Virus record (IMG/VR): IMGVR_UViG_3300011242_000002 | Span: 128,001-192,000 of that record | Length of the DNA stretch: 64,000 bases | From: a virus | Taxonomy: Duplodnaviria > Caudoviricetes | Reading direction: 5' to 3' (one strand) | Shown here: positions 37,507-47,343 of the stretch, in pieces | Layout: every line of letters begins with the position of its first letter | How positions within the stretch are numbered: the stretch's first letter is position 1 | The notes under the pieces: generated by a model | What the model was told of the DNA's origin: nothing | The model's input: only the letters and a program-made list of their open reading frames with translations | Database searches by the model: none | Translations under genes and position numbers: made by a program

Positions 37507-40500
37507 GTGATGAGTTTAACAAATAACTTTAAACACTTCTCTGAGCTGCCCATAGAGACAGAGATAACTAAGCGATTAATGGTGCCGGTGATCCAACGGG
37601 TATCAGAGATCGGCGCAAGCGAAACTGTATATGAAAACGTGCTGGTCCCCGCAATGGGGCTGGCGGCCGGCGTTGCCACCCACGCCTTTGACAGCGTGGC
37701 TGCAATGATGGCGTGTGATGACCTGACCCCCGGTACCGTGGTGTCGACCCGGGGCTACTTTAAACCGCTGGGACACGGTGCGGCCACCTACGACATTTGG
37801 GATTTGGACGCCTACCGTGCCTTGATCAACAACCCGGGCTGGCTACCCGATGGTGAAGAGATCACGGTCAACGGCCTGCGTTACTACGCCGGTGGCGACC
37901 ATATGCTGCGCAACAACTTGGTGGCGATCCTGCGCTTTAACGCATTGTGGGCCGGTCAGCTGGGGCTACCCGATCCGGTAAAGGACGAGGCGGAATACAT
38001 TGCTAAACGCCTGCACCACGATCACGGGATGCAGAAGGCCGTCGATTTTGCCAAGCGCGTGACCAGCGCCGGCGACCGCTCGGCAACCAGCACCAACGGT
38101 ATCGGCACCCACCGCAACATCATGCTGCATATCGAACCGGGCAACTACGTGCTGACCCACACCATCTGGATCCCGGGTTCGGTGCTGCTGGTTGGTGGCT
38201 CCATGTGGGGGACCGGCGGGCGCTACGTTGACTTCATTCCATTGAAGGCCGAACACGGCGGTTCGTTGATCAACTACGTGCGGGGCTACACCTTCATCTG
38301 GAACGGCAACCGCTACTGGCCGGGCACCGAAGAGATCCCGATTGGCGCAACCCCTGCCGAGTCCATTTATTCCGCACCGTATGTCGGTGGGATGAGCGGG
38401 ATTTCCATCAACAACTACGAAACCAGCTACGGCATGACCGACGGGGTAATCGACTACTACAAGCCGAACTACCTCAAAGGTATCAAAGGCTGTATGGTCT
38501 TTGGCGGCGCGATCTTCCACTCCTGTAACGGCGAGCGCGTGTGGATCTTTGCCCACCGCCCCGGCGTGGACTGGCTGGATTACTATACCGACGGCTGGGT
38601 GATCAGGGACTACAAGTGTAACACCCCGTTTGAGAACGAAGAGTACCAGCTCGACTTCAACGGCTCGGGCGACATCATTGATATTGATGGCGTGCAGTTC
38701 CCGGTCACCGTGGAGCTCTCGGACCCGAACGAAATGTGGGCCAAGGGCGAATACCTTAACGGGCCGCCGAAGGGGATCCGTCTGCACAACTGGGCCAGCT
38801 GGGACATCAAGCCACCGGGCGAGGGTGGGTCCAACGAGCAGATCTCCTACGTCGGTGCGGGGATGCGTATCCAGCGCGTGATCAACGGCGTGATCGACAT
38901 CTACGGCTACCGGCAGGTGCAGATCGAAGCCTCGCACTTTGAGTTTGGCCAGATCATCCTTAACCAGGGTTCTGCCTCCGTGGCCGACTGCTACTTCTCG
39001 AAGAACACCAAGATGGCCTACAACTCCATCGAGTGTCGTCCGGGCTTCTACGGCGGCATTGGTGCGGATCTGTCGCTGAAACGCTGTGAGTTCCACCGTG
39101 GTTTTGACGGCAGTCACCTGCCGGTAGAAGACGGCTACTACGACCTGGTGATCAACAACAACTTCACCGTGGTTATTGAAGACTGTTTCCAGGGCTGGGA
39201 TACCGCGGACTCTAACCAGAAGATCGGGATCACCGTCGGGCTCTATAACAAGAGCAACGACAACGTGGTCACCATCACCCCGTTACCGGGCTGGGATCGC
39301 TGGTCAGCGTACCTGTCGCAGGGCTGCACCATCGTGCGTGGTAAGATGTCGGTACAAACACGGGAAACCATGTGGGGTGGTTTCGAAGGGGTGCAGGAGG
39401 TCAACTGTACGCCGTCGAACAACAAGCGCAACTTTGACATGCCGGCTAACACCACCTACTACTACTTTGCCCAGTTCCTGGTAGACCCGGGCGATGATAC
39501 GGTCGCCCCGGACTTCATCCCGCTTGGGCGTAATCAGCGTGAACGCTTCGTGCTGGATGCGCAGGGCAACCCGACCACCGAGCGCTTTGAAGCATCCTGC
39601 TTCGTGAAACCCAACGTGCTGCACGACGACGGAACCAACCCACCGTACGAAAGCTACTTCCGTCCAGTAGCGTATTTTTACGGCGAGGATGAAACACCGG
39701 ACATCTCCACGATTCGTCTCTACCGCGGGACCTCACCGATGCAGTACGATGAGTACGTCGATCTGCCGATGATGAGCCGTGCGGCCATTGACGATTACGG
39801 AACCACGGTGTACGGGCGCAAGTGGAAGCCGAACCCGGTCGCGAAAGACACCAACCCGGATCTGACGCTGCGCAAACGTAACGTGCTGCCGGTAACCGGT
39901 AACGATCTGACCAGCTACACGGTCAAGATGCGTGCGGGTTCACCGTTAGCACTGACCGTCGATCGCGGGACGGATTACTACAACCGTCAAGAACTCGAGT
40001 ACATCGGCACGGGTGGTTGGTCGACCAACGCCGGCACGGCGGTCATTCGTGCATCCAACACCGGGGTGAACGCCGCCGACGAACAGGCCATGGCATCGAT
40101 CTGCATCTTTGACCGTCTGTTTACCACCGACGTTTACGTAAACCTGCCGGTGACCGGTGCACCGAACTGGGACGGCAGTCGGACCCTGAAGTATAAGAAA
40201 GGGGCGCGCTCCGATATTGTTCGCTCTAAAACCACGGCCCCGGAAGACGAGGATGCCACGGTCTACGATCTGATCGTGCAAACGGAGCTGCCGGGTGGGA
40301 TTGTAAAAGAGCTGTACCGCATGCTGCCCGGCGAAACGGTTACGGCCTTTTACGACGAGAAGGACGTGCTGCAGCCGGACGGTAAGACCTACCTGCCGGT
40401 CGGTGAGTGGATCATCGTGCGCGGGACCTTGAGCACCAAGGCCGACTCGGAACACCACTACATCGATGCGGAAGCGGGGGGTTACTACAACCTGCTGCCG

Positions 40501-41475
40501 GACGGGATCCATGAAACCACCATCAACTACAACTACGCTAACACCACGGAAGAGATTTACGCCGGGGTGCCGTTTAAGGCGAAGGTGGGGTCGCGGGTCA
40601 AGATTGTCCGTGGGGCGTTTAATAACGGCGATCTGAACGTCCTGGTGAAGGTCAGTGAAGACGTGCAGGATTCGATCATCAACATTCCGGTGGGGAACAA
40701 TACCACCGAGCTGGTGAAGAAGGCTTCGGGCTGGGTGATTGAATCGCAGATCAACGCGGTCGATACCAAGGTCAATTTACTGGGCACGCAACAGTATGCT
40801 GACCTGACGCCAGAGTCTGGGATCCTGAAGTACTACTGCATCCTGAACCAGCCGTTACCGGCACTCGAGGACAACCAGTGCATCTATCGCTTAACCCACA
40901 GCGTCAAGGGGCGAGCGGTACCACCAGGCAGCTACGTGCGGGTGTATCGTGACGTGGGGGCAACCTACGACGGCGAGCTTGACATCATCATTCGCCAGAC
41001 CGACGATGATGATAACGTGCAGGCGGTGTTAGCGAACCTGATTGTGCCAGGCCAGTGGGTGGATCTGATCTACGACGGCAGCAACTGGTCACAGGTGGGT
41101 AGCAACAACGCAGCCGGCAGTGGCAGCGCAGGCGGTGGGGTCGCAACGGCGAGCAATACCTACGTCATTGTGACAACGGATTGGACCTACTACGACGCTG
41201 ATACGCTGGCGCAGGGACGGTTGTTCTTGGACCACCGGTTTGCACCGGCAACCACCACGGCTGAAACGGGCCTGACGTTTGATGTCGATGCGGCGGTAGG
41301 TAGTGAAGTGTACATCAAGACCACGCTTCCTCGAGGGGTACTCGTATTGCAGACTTCAGAGGGGGAGATCAAGCGCATCACCAAGGCCGGGGTCACCCAC
41401 ATGATCAAGGTCGCTGAAGGCGGTGCACCGAGCGCGTGGTTTGTGATTGGCACTCACGCTATCCAGGCACAGTAA
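37507..41475 (+). CDS. Tailspike / polysaccharide depolymerase-like protein (predicted beta-helix)
   Basis: TRGYF...GHGAATY tailspike N-terminal motif; MQKAVD...LHIEPGNY.L..TI pectate-lyase-3-type helix cap; 1322 aa. Confidence 0.7.
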   Translation: MMSLTNNFKHFSELPIETEITKRLMVPVIQRVSEIGASETVYENVLVPAMGLAAGVATHAFDSVAAMMACDDLTPGTVVSTRGYFKPLGHGAATYDIWDLDAYRALINNPGWLPDGEEITVNGLRYYAGGDHMLRNNLVAILRFNALWAGQLGLPDPVKDEAEYIAKRLHHDHGMQKAVDFAKRVTSAGDRSATSTNGIGTHRNIMLHIEPGNYVLTHTIWIPGSVLLVGGSMWGTGGRYVDFIPLKAEHGGSLINYVRGYTFIWNGNRYWPGTEEIPIGATPAESIYSAPYVGGMSGISINNYETSYGMTDGVIDYYKPNYLKGIKGCMVFGGAIFHSCNGERVWIFAHRPGVDWLDYYTDGWVIRDYKCNTPFENEEYQLDFNGSGDIIDIDGVQFPVTVELSDPNEMWAKGEYLNGPPKGIRLHNWASWDIKPPGEGGSNEQISYVGAGMRIQRVINGVIDIYGYRQVQIEASHFEFGQIILNQGSASVADCYFSKNTKMAYNSIECRPGFYGGIGADLSLKRCEFHRGFDGSHLPVEDGYYDLVINNNFTVVIEDCFQGWDTADSNQKIGITVGLYNKSNDNVVTITPLPGWDRWSAYLSQGCTIVRGKMSVQTRETMWGGFEGVQEVNCTPSNNKRNFDMPANTTYYYFAQFLVDPGDDTVAPDFIPLGRNQRERFVLDAQGNPTTERFEASCFVKPNVLHDDGTNPPYESYFRPVAYFYGEDETPDISTIRLYRGTSPMQYDEYVDLPMMSRAAIDDYGTTVYGRKWKPNPVAKDTNPDLTLRKRNVLPVTGNDLTSYTVKMRAGSPLALTVDRGTDYYNRQELEYIGTGGWSTNAGTAVIRASNTGVNAADEQAMASICIFDRLFTTDVYVNLPVTGAPNWDGSRTLKYKKGARSDIVRSKTTAPEDEDATVYDLIVQTELPGGIVKELYRMLPGETVTAFYDEKDVLQPDGKTYLPVGEWIIVRGTLSTKADSEHHYIDAEAGGYYNLLPDGIHETTINYNYANTTEEIYAGVPFKAKVGSRVKIVRGAFNNGDLNVLVKVSEDVQDSIINIPVGNNTTELVKKASGWVIESQINAVDTKVNLLGTQQYADLTPESGILKYYCILNQPLPALEDNQCIYRLTHSVKGRAVPPGSYVRVYRDVGATYDGELDIIIRQTDDDDNVQAVLANLIVPGQWVDLIYDGSNWSQVGSNNAAGSGSAGGGVATASNTYVIVTTDWTYYDADTLAQGRLFLDHRFAPATTTAETGLTFDVDAAVGSEVYIKTTLPRGVLVLQTSEGEIKRITKAGVTHMIKVAEGGAPSAWFVIGTHAIQAQ

Positions 41476-41477
41476 GA

Positions 41478-41531
41478 CGGCATAAAAGGTGTACCTCTCC
41501 CACACGGGAGAGGTACCCTTTATTTATGCTG
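41478..41531. terminator. Bidirectional terminator
   Basis: GTACCTCTCCC-acac-GGGAGAGGTAC flanked by CGGCATAA and TTATGCTG. Confidence 0.8.
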
Positions 41532-41539
41532 ATCGAGGA

Positions 41540-42943
41540 TTACTCTTCGTTACCTTTGTCGGCATCATCAGCGGGAGCAGCTTTACCGCCCACTGCTTTC
41601 TTCGCAACGGTCAGGGCAGCGCCACAGACGTTGTTTACCGCAGCTGGTACGGCCAGTACCAGCTGGTTAACACCGTCCATCATGTCACCTGGCAGCTTGG
41701 CCAGCTGGTACACGATGGTTTCCACGCCTTTCTCACTCTGCTTGTTAGCCTGGTCAGACTGGATACTCGCCTTGACGTGACGATCGACCGACTTGAGGAA
41801 GTTAGTACCCCATCTGGTGTTCTTACGAATGATGATGGCCGCATCACACACCTTGATGATAGACTGGGCGATCTTCACTGCGTCCTGTGGTGTCAGGTTA
41901 GCGGAGAATTCAACCTTACCAGAAAGCTTACCGTCATCAGGACGCTTGATGGTCGCACGTGCCTTACCGATCGCTTTGATGTGGTTACACACTTCCTGCC
42001 AGGAATCACCGCCGGTAGTTTTGTATTGCAGGTCAAACACCGCATAGCCGCCGAGCATGACTTCGGTGCGCTTAACGGTGACTTCTGGTGTGTCCTTCAC
42101 GGAAACAGTTGCGCCCGGGAATGCTGGCGGCTCCAGAGCGTCAACCAGTTTCTTCGCATCAGCAACCGTGGTGACGGCTTTCATGCGACTCAGTGCAGTA
42201 ACCACTTTACCGTTACCGTACCCACCAAGGTTGTCCATGAAGTTACCGGTCAGCGAGGAGATGACTTTCTCAAAGCCTTCGAGATCGCTTACCAGGTTGG
42301 TAGACGGTTGGCCGGACTTGGTCACCAGGAATTTATTACTAAAGGTGACTTGGGTGGAACCGGATTTACCCGCCGCGGCTTTAATTACGCCTTCCGCGCT
42401 GGCACGCATACGACCAGCTTTCAGTACCACGCGCTCGGTGTACTTGCTGATGCTCTTGCTCACCTGCTGCAGAGCGCTGAAGATACGCAGACCCAAAGAG
42501 GTCTTGGTGCTGTTCAGCGCTTCAAGACCTGCGGTGAAGAAAGCTTTAACCTCTTCTTCGTTATCAAAGCCTTCCAAACCACCGCCGATGGTAGAGACGG
42601 ACTGACCGTGGGTCAGCAGCACGTCAGACAGCTGGCCTTTCAGCAGCGCGGCGGTAGCCGGCGTCAGGCCTGCTTCGATGAAATGTTCCAGTGAAGCGGC
42701 CAGGGTATCAACGCGTTCTTGTTCCTGCGACAGCGCGGTCATGCGAGCAGACTCGTCAATCACCGCAGATTCTGCTTCTAAAACGGCCGCATCTTCCAGT
42801 GCCACGTTGCGCTCAACGACTAACACGTTGGCTTCTTCAACCGGAACCGGCTCGACGTAAACCTGATCCACAGGCACCGGGATAGCATCGGTTTGATCTT
42901 CAAATGCTTCCAGACCAATGCCTAAAATGTAGTTATTTAACAT
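41540..42943 (-). CDS. Internal head (inner body-type) protein with an acidic propeptide
   Basis: GLE, ALE, SLE, GLE, GLE sites in the Glu-rich first ~140 aa; LGGYAVF motif. Confidence 0.7.
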   Translation of the reverse strand: MLNNYILGIGLEAFEDQTDAIPVPVDQVYVEPVPVEEANVLVVERNVALEDAAVLEAESAVIDESARMTALSQEQERVDTLAASLEHFIEAGLTPATAALLKGQLSDVLLTHGQSVSTIGGGLEGFDNEEEVKAFFTAGLEALNSTKTSLGLRIFSALQQVSKSISKYTERVVLKAGRMRASAEGVIKAAAGKSGSTQVTFSNKFLVTKSGQPSTNLVSDLEGFEKVISSLTGNFMDNLGGYGNGKVVTALSRMKAVTTVADAKKLVDALEPPAFPGATVSVKDTPEVTVKRTEVMLGGYAVFDLQYKTTGGDSWQEVCNHIKAIGKARATIKRPDDGKLSGKVEFSANLTPQDAVKIAQSIIKVCDAAIIIRKNTRWGTNFLKSVDRHVKASIQSDQANKQSEKGVETIVYQLAKLPGDMMDGVNQLVLAVPAAVNNVCGAALTVAKKAVGGKAAPADDADKGNEE

Positions 42944-43120
42944 ACGAGCTCCATTATAAAAAAGTGAATGTAACGTTACGATTCATACAATAACGCCAGC
43001 ACCCGCGGGCGCTACAGCTGAGTAATACTATGTAATAAACTCCTCCTCCTCTTACCCCTGGTTGGTGAGTGGTCGGAGGGTTTATGCCGATCGGGGTATG
43101 TATTGAAATAATTAACAGAA

Positions 43121-43138
43121 CTATATTACTGACTTGAT
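43121..43138 (+). promoter_or_regulatory. Early promoter (TATATTAC 43122-43129)
   Basis: phiKZ-type core with an AT-rich upstream element; follows a terminator with TTATGCCG. Confidence 0.75.
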
Positions 43139-43172
43139 ATAACCCGTGAAAATTTAACAGGAGTGCGTTAAC

Positions 43173-43916
43173 ATGTATCAGCAGCTGACCCCGAATTTAT
43201 ACCTCGTCCATAATGCTGACGAGTTTGAAGCTTTACAGGACCGACTTCTCAAAACCGAATTGAACCTGCCTGAACGCCCGGCCAATTACGTTCCTGATGA
43301 ACTGGAGCTGCTGTATCCGCACTGGATAAAGTTGATTGCTGACTACCCACTTCTGGTAACACTCGAAGGCAGTATCTCGACCATGAGAATGGTGCCGGTG
43401 GGAAAGGTCATTGGCAGGATGGGTACTATCAATCAGTTAGACATGCGGCCGGCGTTTAATAAGTTAAAAGAGGCTTGCGTAAACTGTGCACCGTTGAAGC
43501 AACCCCGCATCCTGCTGACCGGCATTACCATCAAAGCGCGCACGGCAGCGGTGAGACGCGGTAATGAGGTTCGTACAACACATAACTCAGACCTCACGGA
43601 GGCGATGGCTAAGCTGGGTATGAACCTTACTCAACTGAAGACCCTGCGTATTCAGTTTGGTGACGGTCGCTTCCACGGCAGTATTGAAATGAAGGAAGAG
43701 ATGATGTTTGTCTCCCAGGTGCGGGATATCACCAACCACATCGCACACGTTACCATGGATGAGAAAACCGGCAAATTTACTGCGGACTACATCTTTAACC
43801 ATTATGACTTTATGAATGCCATGCCGGAGCTGCGCGAGTACCGAGATTTAGCAAAGTGGGAGATTTCCGTCACCACCGCGGTAGAATCGTCACTGGACAG
43901 CAGCAAGAAAAACTAA
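43173..43916 (+). CDS. Hypothetical early protein
   Basis: AGGAG RBS. Confidence 0.75.
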   Translation: MYQQLTPNLYLVHNADEFEALQDRLLKTELNLPERPANYVPDELELLYPHWIKLIADYPLLVTLEGSISTMRMVPVGKVIGRMGTINQLDMRPAFNKLKEACVNCAPLKQPRILLTGITIKARTAAVRRGNEVRTTHNSDLTEAMAKLGMNLTQLKTLRIQFGDGRFHGSIEMKEEMMFVSQVRDITNHIAHVTMDEKTGKFTADYIFNHYDFMNAMPELREYRDLAKWEISVTTAVESSLDSSKKN

Positions 43917-43937
43917 GGACGATTTGGGATTATCATT

Positions 43938-44372
43938 ATGAACGAAAACGATAACATTACAATTGAAGCGCTAAGCTTAGTGACCTTTGACCAGCTGCGG
44001 GCTGAACTCGACGCCAAAGACTGGATGCACGTTAAGATCAATGACCTGTCACTGCGGGGTGAAGACACCCGCTACAGTGACAGCGACACGTTGGTGCTTA
44101 GAACTGCCTACACCGATCACAACAACGCCAACCGCAGCTTTACCTACAAGCCGGGGATTACGTTGGGGTTGGTACGCGGTGCCAACGGCCTGTATGATCT
44201 GAGCGGCATTTACGTTGAACTGCTGTGGTCGCCTAAGCTTAGCTGGTTCCTGGTGCAGATCCATAGCGCCAGTCTTGGCACCCTCGTGTACCGAGGCTTT
44301 ACCGAACCCCATCGCGCCAAGCGGCCGAACGGGATGTCCATTCGTATTAGTCGCATAGGAGTGACCGTATGA
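43938..44372 (+). CDS. Hypothetical protein
   Basis: Operonic; ATGA overlap with the next gene. Confidence 0.7.
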   Translation: MNENDNITIEALSLVTFDQLRAELDAKDWMHVKINDLSLRGEDTRYSDSDTLVLRTAYTDHNNANRSFTYKPGITLGLVRGANGLYDLSGIYVELLWSPKLSWFLVQIHSASLGTLVYRGFTEPHRAKRPNGMSIRISRIGVTV

Positions 44373-44629
44373 CTGTCTTACAACTTCAGCTCAGCGGCAA
44401 GCATGGTTTCGTGCTGACCAAGCCTGAGCGTGCTAACCCCGCAGACATCAAGCTGATGGAAGGTGACCTTCGCCTGCAGGATAACAAGTTGATGCTGGGA
44501 GAGTCTGAACTCGCCACCGTCACCAACCGTAACCTGAAGCTCAACACCTCGATCCTGATGACCGCGGTCGGGGATCTGCGCCGCATTGTGCAGCAGCTGC
44601 GCTACTTTAGCCAAACGCTGCGTGCCTAA
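44369..44629 (+). CDS. Hypothetical protein
   Basis: AGGAG RBS. Confidence 0.65.
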   Translation: MTVLQLQLSGKHGFVLTKPERANPADIKLMEGDLRLQDNKLMLGESELATVTNRNLKLNTSILMTAVGDLRRIVQQLRYFSQTLRA

Positions 44630-44741
44630 ACGTATTCCACCTGCAGTGTCATAATAACGATAATACTTAGAACGGCCTCGTTAGGGTGAGGGGTTTGATA
44701 CCCCCCACACCCTTTTTTTTTTTATGCCGCCCGCCCGGCGC

Positions 44742-44772
44742 CCGGTCAAACAAGGTCGTTCTTCGAACGACA
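44742..44772 (+). repeat. 31-bp dispersed repeat, copy 2
   Basis: CCGGTCAAACAAGGTCGTTCTTCGAACGACA. Confidence 0.9.
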
Positions 44773-44779
44773 CCAGGTG

Positions 44780-45230
44780 TTCTGAATCCTTTGGTTTTTT
44801 CTTTTTTATTTTTATCTGTGGATTCACTGTTGTGGACCTTAGTCCAGTAACAACAGTAATCCTCTCCTACCCTTCTTTTCTTCGGTTAAATCACCCCGTA
44901 TGTATGAAAATACATACGTATATATGTTATGTGTTATTATATTAAATTTACTGTTTTTTAGCTAAATTCAAGCGAATTTTCACTTCGCTGTAATATATAT
45001 AACTGGGGGGATAGGGGGGTAGGATGAGGGGGGTAGGATGATTGATGATGGTGGCAGGAGAGAGGGGGTGCAGGGGGAGAGAACCTGGAGGAAGAAGAAA
45101 GAAGGAAGGGGGGAGAAGGAAGGGGGGAAAGGGGGTACCGTCCAAAATCGCCCGAAATTCCGTTAAATAAAACACCTTTCACCATCCCTATAACACCCGC
45201 ACTGCCGACCACCTAAGTTCTTTTTTTTTT
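44780..45230. other. Origin-like non-coding region: hairpins, AT-rich block, G-rich purine tract
   Basis: Hairpins 44826-44858 and 44897-44918; AT-rich ~44900-45002; G-run purine tract ~45004-45136; T run ~45221-45230. Confidence 0.45.
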
Positions 45231-45286
45231 GAAACCGTCTTACGAGACACGTGCTTACGAGCGCATACTACAACCAGGAGTTTACC

Positions 45287-46153
45287 ATGAAGAGTTTAAT
45301 TGCCAAGATCATGTCCAACGAAAACCTGCCGGACAGCGACAGCCGGAAAAGCTACAAGCTGATCCCGGTACCGGATAACCACGAGATCGAGTTTCGCCGC
45401 CTTAACCTGAGCATCCCCGAGATGATCTTCCACGCCCTGTTCGGTGACAGCGATCCCATCACCGTCCCTTTGCAGGACAGCGGTAACGTGTACATCCTGG
45501 AGAACGGTAAAACCATCTCCACCTTTGGCAGCGCACCCCCGCCGCATACCGAGCAAGCTATCGCTGAGCAGCCAAAGGACACACCGTTTAATCAGTCGTA
45601 TTTCGATCAGCTGATGCAGCTCTTTGATCGGGTGACCGATCAGGCGCAGCCGGAAGAATATCCGTGGTTCCAGGTAGTGGCCGCCGCCTTGGCAGGTGCC
45701 CCTGCGAGCCTACCCCCAGAGGGGTTATGCGTGCCGTTTGCGATGGCCGATGGCAGGTTGACCGATCGGGCGCGTGCTTTCGTTAAAACGCTGAACAGCG
45801 CGCTGTTGAACAGCAAACCGATGCTGGCGTTGGAAGGGGCGAAACTGATCAAGGCGAACTACGTGTACCTGGTGCAGATTATCCCTGCCCCGTACGTGGA
45901 GAAGTCAGCGTATGAAACCCAGACCGCCAAAGAAGAGTTGCTGAACCGCGACATTTCCCACAGCGTGGTCAACGCCGTGCAGCGGGCGCTGAAGATGTAT
46001 AACCACGGCGCCACGTTTGCGGTACTGACGCCTGCGCTGCGCATTAGTCCTAAAGAGCGAGTCGCAATCACCGCTATCTTTAAGAAATGGCATGACGTAG
46101 ATGTCAAGTTCCGGTTTGTGGATGATCTCTGCACCCTGTTCTATTTTGACTAA
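45287..46153 (+). CDS. Hypothetical protein
   Basis: CAGGAG RBS before ATG 45287. Confidence 0.75.
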   Translation: MKSLIAKIMSNENLPDSDSRKSYKLIPVPDNHEIEFRRLNLSIPEMIFHALFGDSDPITVPLQDSGNVYILENGKTISTFGSAPPPHTEQAIAEQPKDTPFNQSYFDQLMQLFDRVTDQAQPEEYPWFQVVAAALAGAPASLPPEGLCVPFAMADGRLTDRARAFVKTLNSALLNSKPMLALEGAKLIKANYVYLVQIIPAPYVEKSAYETQTAKEELLNRDISHSVVNAVQRALKMYNHGATFAVLTPALRISPKERVAITAIFKKWHDVDVKFRFVDDLCTLFYFD

Positions 46154-46294
46154 CCATCAGGGGTCCGTTGAGACCCCTAATTATTTCCGTTATGAAAATA
46201 AGTAATAAAATACATAGCAACCCCTTAGTATGTTAGGTAGTCGATGTCGAGGTTCATTAGAATCATCCGGTCGGCTACCCTTCATGGAGGATTC

Positions 46295-46408
46295 ATGCAT
46301 CTATCTAAACAGGCTTTAGCGCGCCAGCGGTTAGCACAGCTGAATATGTGGTTAATGATCTGTGGTTTTGAACCGCTGTGGACCAACCAGACCCTCAAAG
46401 AAAAATAA
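46295..46408 (+). CDS. Small protein (37 aa, MHLSKQALARQ...)
   Basis: GGAGGA RBS; not in the ORF track. Confidence 0.5.
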   Translation: MHLSKQALARQRLAQLNMWLMICGFEPLWTNQTLKEK

Positions 46409-46440
46409 AACCAGTTTCCCTTTTAAACAAGGATGACACC

Positions 46441-46602
46441 ATGGGTTTCTTTACGCGGTTTTTCTGTACCCACAAATACAAGCTTGTTCGCACCATCCAC
46501 GGTGATGAAATCATCTACCGTAACTATAAACGTAGCGAATGGAAGTGTCGACACTGCGGTAAAATTATATTCAGCAAATACCTGGAATACATCGGTAAAT
46601 GA
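46441..46602 (+). CDS. Small Zn-ribbon-like protein (CxH...CxxC)
   Basis: AAGGA RBS; FCTHKY...CRHCGK. Confidence 0.65.
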   Translation: MGFFTRFFCTHKYKLVRTIHGDEIIYRNYKRSEWKCRHCGKIIFSKYLEYIGK

Positions 46603-46610
46603 GGTGAGTC

Positions 46611-46796
46611 ATGCCAGCCATTCACGTGTCACAGACCATCGCCGATAAGCTGGATGCTAAAATGGTTCAGTTGATCACGGAAGGACAACGCAAGATAAAG
46701 CGCGCAACGATAAATGAACTGGCGATTCAATACGGCATCGATAAGGTCACCCTTGAGCGCGTCATTGCCTACGAATCAAAGCAGGAGTTCGTATGA
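46611..46796 (+). CDS. Possible ribbon-helix-helix DNA-binding protein
   Basis: GAGGTGA RBS; short strand (AIHVS) followed by two helices; 61 aa. Confidence 0.5.
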   Translation: MPAIHVSQTIADKLDAKMVQLITEGQRKIKRATINELAIQYGIDKVTLERVIAYESKQEFV

Positions 46797-47134
46797 AAAC
46801 AATCCCCGATCTGGATTTAGAATTCGCCGCATTAGTTGGTGACTTGTCTGAAGAAATAAATGACTGTTGTTATAATGACGACAGTATTTTGTGTGCAGCA
46901 TTGCACGGGATGTTAAACGAGCAATTGGCGGCGCGTGATAAACGTCACCGTGATTACATTGCGCGACTGTATCCTGATTATCCTGATTTAGACGCTCGTG
47001 TCATTGAATTGATAAAATTGACTGGTGGATGGCCGATGAATTTTGGCGAGCCAGTTACGCCGTTAAAAGAGTTACCTGAAAAGTATTACCTGGAATATTT
47101 CAGGAGCTCGGGTCGAGAAGACTTGCTGCAGTAA
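46793..47134 (+). CDS. Hypothetical protein
   Basis: AGGAG RBS; ATGA overlap. Confidence 0.7.
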   Translation: MKTIPDLDLEFAALVGDLSEEINDCCYNDDSILCAALHGMLNEQLAARDKRHRDYIARLYPDYPDLDARVIELIKLTGGWPMNFGEPVTPLKELPEKYYLEYFRSSGREDLLQ

Positions 47135-47141
47135 GTTAGTA

Positions 47142-47325
47142 TAATTCTGAGATGAATGCTCAACGTTGAGCACCCTTAATAGCAGGATGGCGGCGTGTGT
47201 ATTCGCAAAGTCGTTACACCCCACGGTCACCGCATGGACCGTGGTAATGAGAGACTTGGGACGCAGCTGAAAGTATGCTGGTAAATAGCCGTAACCACGA
47301 CCAACCGCGTGGCATCTCAGAATTA
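47142..47325 (+). ncRNA. Unknown ~185-nt multibranched structured RNA
   Basis: Perfect 13-bp closing stem TAATTCTGAGATG/CATCTCAGAATTA enclosing at least five helices; fills the intergenic gap. Confidence 0.7.
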
Positions 47326-47343
47326 GACAGGGGAATGTAGTAA

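Noticed and set aside
41489-42694. 401-aa ORF antisense to the internal head protein gene (similarly 12528-13406, 25690-26559, 7701-8543, 37966-39117, 54517-55371)
   Set aside because: Shadow frames expected from the codon bias of the sense genes; no RBS or recognisable motifs.
44948-45212. Pro/Leu/Ser-rich minus-strand ORFs
   Set aside because: By-products of the C-rich complement of the G tract.
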